Below, in pieces: positions 60,601 through 64,000 of a DNA stretch of 64,000 nt. The translations under genes were made by a program, and so were the position numbers. Below the pieces are notes generated by a model. It was not told where the DNA came from. It ran no database searches and saw only the letters and a list, made by a program, of their open reading frames with translations. Numbering within the stretch: position 1 is the stretch's first letter; the number at the start of each line of letters is the position of its first letter. The stretch is from NCBI GenBank assembly GCA_030141605.1, contig JAQGDQ010000060.1:248001-312000 (forward strand). Reading direction: 5' to 3'. This DNA is from Tubiluchus corallicola. Taxonomy: Eukaryota > Animalia > Priapulida.

Positions 60601-62854
60601 TATTTGAGTAATTGATTACTACTACATCAGCTGCTGTCATGAGCTAATTACATTTATCCTCCAAGTTTAGTACAAAACACGTATCAATAACAGGGGTCAG
60701 CATTCTCTACCAGAATGCGAATTCGAATGGAATCGAATTTGTGCCTTTCGAATTCAAATCGAACTGAGTTTGAAAGATTTTTGAACAACTTTTCGCACCA
60801 CTAGTAAAAAATGGTCATGCATATCATTTGATTTTGTTCTGCAGTAAAACCACTTAGTTTGTTAAAAATTTTGCATAGAAACTGCAGCAAAATTGCGCCA
60901 ATTACATGATGTTTCAAACGTTTTAATGATAAAGAACGTATGTGGCTGAAGTGCTGAATTATTCGAACCTATAATTTTAGGTTCAATTCGAACTAAACAA
61001 AACTAGTGCAATGCTCACCCCTAATGATTAGTGTTCAGCTATTTCTATATGTATGTAAACTATCTACATGTAGTAAACTGTTTCTATGTTTTCCAGTTCT
61101 TGAGTAGTTTTGCTTTTTTCTGGCAGAAAATTTCACTTGGTTACAAGTTGTTTTTTAAATCTTTCTCATTGTTCCTGTTTTTCTTTTGCTTTCTTGTTCT
61201 TTATTCTTACTGTCTTTTCTTACTTTACTCGGTCTCTTTCGAATGCTACAAATTTCTTCTCTTAACGAAAGCGTCTGTGTTATATATGTTTATTTTTGCG
61301 ATGTAGCCAGTCGACACCAGCGGACCTCCACCTCAGCTCACCCCCAGGGAGGCGTTGTTGAACGAAATCGTCAACTTTGGAGCGAATTCGCAACTGCGTC
61401 AGGTGCAGCACAGTAGCAGTTCGAACATTATCGGTACATACGGCAGTTCATAGCAGAAGCTTTCGCAAAAGTAATGAAAAATGTAGAAATAACCGTGTCT
61501 GATGTGTGGCAAAATTTTCTCTGTGCTTTGCTATTTTAGCTTTTTTTGTGATTCGATTCTGCCATACACTTTTCCCTATAAGCCCTTAGGAATTTGCTTG
61601 AAATGATGTTAACATTCTCTCTTGTATCTTCTGTATCTCTGGTTAGCTTTCTAGCTATATCTTTGGTTTTAATCCCAATCTGTTTAGACATTTTTGACAA
61701 GGTTTGTTCATAACGACTATAATAATTAAAGGTCAAATATGGCGTACTTTCAGGTTTCACCCAAAATCAGGTAGAAAATCCTCTAACTAAGATTTCCTGA
61801 TTATTTTAACCTTTTCTTGGTGGTTTATATAAGAGAAAATCTGGTGTGGAGGTATCAGAGGCTGGAACTTGATTTCACGTGTTTTGCTTGTTAGATGGCG
61901 CTAGCGAAATCTCAGTCCTTAGTTACAACAGCGTGTGCATTCGGTTACGAGAGTCGCCGTGTAGCATTGTTTACAAGTTCAGCGTCACAGAAACCACGCA
62001 GTATCCACGGAAGCCGTTGCTAGCACATTTGTTTAACCTTTCCGAAGTTTCACGAACAAAATGTTTTCGGAAAAAGTGCAACTTCGGCTCCCGATTTCAT
62101 TAGGAAGGAAGCCATGAAATTTAGTAAAATTACTGTCAAATTTTCACTTACAGTTAGATATTTTAATTAAACAAAACTTGTTTTTACGTTAAATTTGACC
62201 TTTAAGTCTAATACAAATTCTCATTTAATGTTATAATTATCTTATCTACCTGCAGTGTTTGTTTTATGATAATCAATAACCCTCTTCTTATAACTGTCCT
62301 TCTTTGCCACATTACAAACCATTAAGTTTTTAATACTGAGTTCTTTCTGTTCTTTTCTTGCTGGTATTATGTATGCCTATTACCTAACAAAACATTTCTA
62401 AATTTCTCTTCTGTTGCTGCTTGATGCTGTGTCTTACTATCTCATGTTCGTTTTATTTGTAATATCTAACATCGCTAATCAGTTTTCATCATAACGCACC
62501 TGGGTACCAACTACACCTGGTGTTTTTATTAGATTTACGACACCAGGTGAACCACGTACACCGTAAGAAATCTTAACTGAGTTGCGTAATTTATGGCAGT
62601 AGTGATTAAAGATGCTATGATTAATCTCATATGTAATACAATAATTAGAGGTGTCATTTAATTACGCTATTTTTTAATTATGGCTTATAACTTACTAATG
62701 TGGTAGTTTAACTGCTGTAGTACCCGCTTGCTGAAATAAATAACCTGTACTGCTACTAAACATTTTTTATTAGTTTCCGGTAAGACAAAAAGCAGAAATA
62801 AGGTACGTAGAGTTACTTTTTGTTTGGTTTTTGCAGATACCTGTGGGTAAGTGA
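24472..62854 (+). CDS. COBL: Cordon-bleu-like WH2 actin regulator, gene model join(24472-24662,30735-30972,33125-33350,37227-37369,44168-44383,45261-45436,48602-48807,50017-50361,51593-51706,52538-55071,58832-58939,61307-61402,62837-62854), about 1536 aa
   Basis: N-terminal repeats (LHVGLPDG...PMLDLLVQIASSQKLNPAGY...YKPSTPIGHLG; RVQINLPQGQLMVLRINPHVQLYDVFAMIC...LDLSLSLADYELNEL) match the Cobl ubiquitin-like domain. There are three KRAP-like motifs (KKRMAPKPP, RKSKAPAPPPP, RKKRKAPQPP) and three WH2 motifs. All junctions are GT-AG with consistent phases. Confidence 0.85.
24821..24925 (+). mobile_element. Terminal fragment of the AATAAGCCTTTTCACAGT MITE family
   Basis: Matches the reverse complement of 37690-37784. 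Confidence 0.65.
25000..25816. repeat. 21-bp minisatellite (gtgtactgtatttaaaacata), about 39 copies
   Basis: Direct observation; source of the SVLYLKH ORFs. Confidence 0.97.
26458..26628 (+). repeat. 170-bp dispersed direct repeat, copy 1 (copy 2 at 35040-35209)
   Basis: Near-identical by eye. Confidence 0.9.
30735..30972 (+). CDS. COBL: Cobl-like exon 2, ubiquitin-like repeat 1
   Basis: tttcag|T TTG CCC ATG...TTT GAG|gtggta; alternative donor 3 nt downstream. Confidence 0.9.
31364..31799. mobile_element. Tc1/mariner-pogo (Tigger-like) MITE
   Basis: TA|CAGTGTTCCCTCACT ... AGCGAGGGAACACTG|TA; same family as 56000-56447 and 56613-57060. Confidence 0.9.
32465..32925 (-). mobile_element. Older inverted copy of the Kolobok-like element at 61730-62201
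   Basis: cttccttcctaacgaaatcg...aacaaatgtgttagcaacggcttcc...tgacgctgaacttgtaaacaatgctacac is the reverse complement of 61960-62110. Confidence 0.75.
33125..33350 (+). CDS. COBL: Cobl-like exon 3, ubiquitin-like repeat 2
   Basis: ttatag|GTA ACA ACT AGA...AAA G|gtacgc. Confidence 0.9.
34677..34912. repeat. ~31-bp minisatellite (aatgttgcatgtcagtctagaaagttttt), about 7 copies
   Basis: Direct observation. Confidence 0.92.
35040..35209 (+). repeat. 170-bp dispersed direct repeat, copy 2
   Basis: Matches 26458-26628. Confidence 0.9.
35828..35950. repeat. (TA/TG)n microsatellite
   Basis: Direct observation. Confidence 0.93.
36186..36612 (+). mobile_element. Penelope-like remnant with an inverted partial pseudo-LTR and a hammerhead-like motif
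   Basis: 36186-36273 is an imperfect reverse complement of 36530-36612; ccaCTGATGAtgacagcagtagcttgccGAAAcgtttgg at 36519-36557. Confidence 0.6.
37227..37369 (+). CDS. COBL: Cobl-like exon 4 (...KSALFGFMHKKKPAK)
   Basis: ttgcag|GC GCC...GCA AAA|gtaagc. Confidence 0.88.
37411..37784. mobile_element. MITE with perfect 20-bp TIR AATAAGCCTTTTCACAGTTT
   Basis: 37411-37430 and 37765-37784 are exact reverse complements; superfamily not assigned. Confidence 0.8.
38009..38270 (-). mobile_element. Partial inverted copy of the 3672/18437 hAT MITE family
   Basis: cagggcctgattatcctataggc...aagaatttgcaataa is the reverse complement of the family body. Confidence 0.65.
38835..39275. repeat. 21-bp minisatellite (atcatcgccaggtcaagtaaa), about 21 copies
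   Basis: Direct observation; open in three frames. Confidence 0.97.
39745..40045. repeat. 36-bp minisatellite, about 8 copies
   Basis: ccaagattcagttcgacgaccattttttgtgtcatt repeated. Confidence 0.95.
40290..40770 (-). mobile_element. CR1/L2-group LINE 3' fragment
   Basis: RRCRGRLIQMFKILKG...TRGHSVKL...WNSLPESLVSANNVNSFK is a typical CR1-group ORF2 C-terminus. Confidence 0.8.
40900..41210 (+). mobile_element. Degenerate CR1/L2-group ORF2 fragment
   Basis: VPWSILDTFDDPRDALFYWK*LVMDVINTHVPIKERQV...AKANYYNRLFENNK, with stops and frameshifts. Confidence 0.65.
41463..41712. repeat. ~100-bp tandem repeat, 2.5 copies
   Basis: gagaatttgtgaatctcatg at 41463, 41563 and 41662. Confidence 0.93.
42176..43640. 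repeat. 59-bp minisatellite, about 25 copies
   Basis: cttactagaacatgcatttttgtttttatatggggtatgcaaagtttatatgtttacta repeated. Confidence 0.98.
44168..44383 (+). CDS. COBL: Cobl-like exon 5, KRAP motif 1
   Basis: tcctag|ATC ACA...ACT ACG|gtatgc; encodes KKRMAPKPP. Confidence 0.88.
44420..45141. mobile_element. Old hAT-like MITE filling most of Cobl intron 5
   Basis: taggattgctaacaata ... tatcatttaacatcccta imperfect TIRs with tatcg/tatca subterminal repeats. Confidence 0.45.
45261..45436 (+). CDS. COBL: Cobl-like exon 6, Ser-rich (HSRQSSASSTSSGYHE)
   Basis: ttacag|TCA TCG...GAA AG|gtaaga; reading frame differs from the ORF-track call. Confidence 0.87.
46715..47258 (-). mobile_element. Inverted copy of the TTAA element at 3823-4454
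   Basis: ctgaaacctacttcaagtgccccttttcttgtcc and cactgagtaaagtttgaaaa match the reverse complements of 3823-3860 and 4240-4260. Confidence 0.75.
47778..47849 (+). pseudogene. tRNA-like sequence (tRNA pseudogene or SINE-related; GCT at the anticodon position)
   Basis: gggttggtagcttaggtggtaaagcg...gctaat...ggttcaaatccctactagtcca has an A box, a B box and a wobble-rich acceptor stem, but no long variable arm. Confidence 0.6.
47902..48384. mobile_element. Young hAT MITE
   Basis: TIR CAGGGCCTATTTCA / TGAAATAGGGCCTG (13 of 14); perfect 8-bp TSD ATGGCTTA at 47894-47901 and 48385-48392. Confidence 0.93.
48602..48807 (+). CDS. COBL: Cobl-like exon 7, KRAP motif 2
   Basis: taccag|G ACG ACC...CAA G|gtatgt; encodes RKSKAPAPPPP. 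Confidence 0.87.
49365..49712. repeat. 45-bp minisatellite, about 8 copies
   Basis: ttgttcacaccttcagaagtgctgtgctgctctgtctcagactta repeated. Confidence 0.96.
50017..50361 (+). CDS. COBL: Cobl-like exon 8, KRAP motif 3
   Basis: gtatag|GT CGG AAA...GCA G|gtaact; encodes RKKRKAPQPP. Confidence 0.88.
50436..50810. mobile_element. CACTA/EnSpm-like MITE
   Basis: tg|CACTAATGGGACGGG ... CCCATTCCAGTAGTG|tg: imperfect TIRs, 2-bp TSD and inverted subterminal sequence. Confidence 0.55.
51593..51706 (+). CDS. COBL: Cobl-like exon 9, acidic (DDLHREEILSTSSVDTTDEIDLSFEDTIAAGEEAIKED)
   Basis: tcaaag|AT GAC...GAT G|gtaaat; 114 nt, phase 1 on both sides. Confidence 0.8.
51747..52356. mobile_element. piggyBac-type MITE
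   Basis: TTAA|CCCTTTCACTA ... TAGTGAAAGGG|TTAA. Confidence 0.88.
52538..55071 (+). CDS. COBL: Cobl-like exon 10 (2534 nt): disordered acidic region, Q-rich coiled coil, poly-Pro, WH2 no. 1
   Basis: caacag|CT GAG...AAA AAG|gtttgt; covers the 842-aa ORF; ends NPREELLMQIKTHAGLYGLKK. Confidence 0.93.
55161..55387. repeat. Long foldback palindrome (arms about 95-105 bp), MITE-like
   Basis: cctttatagtctcaaagattataatattta...gctgaatggaaagtgctg pairs with cagcactttccattcagc...taaatattataatctttgagactataaagg. Confidence 0.93.
56000..56447. mobile_element. Tc1/pogo-type MITE, copy A
   Basis: TA|CAGTGTTCCCTC...GAGGAAACACTG|TA. Confidence 0.9.
56613..57060. mobile_element. Tc1/pogo-type MITE, copy B (tandem duplicate of A)
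   Basis: Same length (448 bp) and nearly identical, including flanks. Confidence 0.9.
58832..58939 (+). CDS. COBL: Cobl-like exon 11, WH2 no. 2 (VSHSREKAPALAPPVSSRDELLQSIKEFGGRPALKK)
   Basis: cgccag|GTT...AAG AAG|gtgatt; 108 nt, phase 0-0. Confidence 0.88.
59020..59983. repeat. 193-bp tandem repeat, about 5 copies
   Basis: Anchor tacactg recurs at 59191, 59384, 59577, 59770 and 59963. Confidence 0.97.
60691..61023 (-). mobile_element. hAT-type MITE (relative of 16381-16689)
   Basis: CAGGGGTCAGCATT ... AATGCTCACCCCTA TIRs; ttcgaa subterminal repeats. Confidence 0.75.
61307..61402 (+). CDS. COBL: Cobl-like exon 12, WH2 no. 3 (PVDTSGPPPQLTPREALLNEIVNFGANSQLRQ)
   Basis: atgtag|CCA...CGT CAG|gtgcag; 96 nt, phase 0-0. 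Confidence 0.82.
61730..62201 (+). mobile_element. Kolobok-like non-autonomous element
   Basis: TTAA|AGGTCAAAT ... ATTTGACCT|TTAA. Confidence 0.8.
62837..62854 (+). CDS. COBL: Cobl-like probable terminal coding exon (IPVGK*)
   Basis: Strong acceptor tttttgcag|ATA CCT GTG GGT AAG TGA completes LRQ-I; AATAAA at 63192 and 63305 downstream. Confidence 0.6.
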   Translation: MPVGK

Positions 62855-64000
62855 ATTGCGTCGCCGGGATACCATGGATAGAGGCTGGCATTTGACCAGA
62901 GAATTTGATGGATGGTTTTGTGAACTGCTTAGCTCTCTGATGGCTCTGATGGCTGTATTTATTCCACTTTGGTATGTGGACTGATCGCTGTGGAGAATTG
63001 GACTTAATAGTACTAGGTTTTGGTGTGGCGGTTGTAACACGTGACCACAATTTAAATGACAAACTTATATTGTATTCTGCAATAGAACTGACTTTTTTAG
63101 TAGCCCATTGAAAAGTTTCATTATCGTGAAACTGTACAAGCAAATTTAACATTGTAAATATTATAATTAAATTTCTATTTGTTTGCTAAATAATAAAATT
63201 GTAATTATTTAGGTACGATACTACAGTTCACTGTAATTTGCTAATCCTTGCCAGCTTGTTGTTGATGTGTTAAGAATCGTCCAGCGACATTTTGGTTTTC
63301 GCATAATAAATTAGCATAAAATTGTAGAAATGTTGACTTTTGTAGAAGCTGTGTAAGTGAACATGTACTCTTGTTTTGTTAAATTGGACCTCAAACTAAC
63401 GAAGACTATTTTTCATACATGGCTGAAAGTTACATGTACTTAGTTTCGAACTAAGTATTTCCGAAGTGTTTTTTTTATTTTGCAAATTCTTGTGTGTAAC
63501 ATTCCTGCTTTGGCAAAAACAGTTTGCCTGATATCTATTTGCTCAATTTGATGACAGTTTTTTACTTTTTGCCTCACTAGGTGGAGCAAGTGTTTTGATA
63601 GATGTTAATAATCGTGTATTGGTGAGGTAATTTTTGTATAATAACTGAATATGTCAGTTGAACTGTTTTTTGTAATACATGTGTAGAATGGCTGTTCCCA
63701 GCCGTATAGTGAACATTTGTGCCTGTGATTTTTTCTATAAGTACGCAATTTTGACATGTCTCCCACGCTGCTGCTTCAATTTTTAAAGCCCATTGTGCAG
63801 CATATTCGTTGAGTATAATGTCCAATATGTTTGCGTACTGCAGGATGATGTTCGTGTCGCCATCTGCAGTACGATACTTGTGCCGCCATCTACAGAAATA
63901 TTATTGCACTAATAGTGACAAGTGTAGTTACACTGCTCACATACATTTTGACAGCTATTTAATGACATAATCATTTAACTATAAATAGATGATTTAATTA

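Noticed and set aside
62685-63152. 155-aa minus-strand ORF
   Set aside because: Antisense to the probable terminal exon and 3' UTR; no domain and no supporting exon structure.

Overview
AT-rich, intron-rich animal genomic DNA, most likely a non-vertebrate bilaterian; the species cannot be fixed from the sequence. Two complete protein-coding genes lie on the + strand. (1) SEC61A (Sec61 translocon alpha): 11 coding exons, 576-11778, 1431 nt, 476 aa, all introns GT-AG and phase-consistent. (2) A Cordon-bleu (COBL/COBLL1)-like actin regulator: 13 coding exons, 24472-62854, about 1536 aa, with two ubiquitin-like Cobl-homology repeats, three KRAP-type motifs, a 2.5-kb exon and three WH2 motifs each cut by a phase-0 intron. 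Introns and the intergenic gap are full of non-autonomous DNA transposons (hAT, Tc1/pogo, piggyBac, Kolobok, CACTA-like, foldback), RTE, CR1/L2 and Penelope remnants, and many minisatellites. Most notable: a 5S-rRNA-headed SINE with an RTE-type tail, nested in a hAT MITE, whose probable partner LINE 3' end lies 10 kb away; hammerhead-like motifs in Penelope remnants; repeated local exon duplication in SEC61A (a decayed exon-3 copy and a possible in-frame 36-nt micro-exon); and the skippable WH2 exons of the Cobl-like gene. Most short ORFs in the supplied track are non-coding. All coordinates were counted by hand and family assignments rest on recalled motifs, not database searches.
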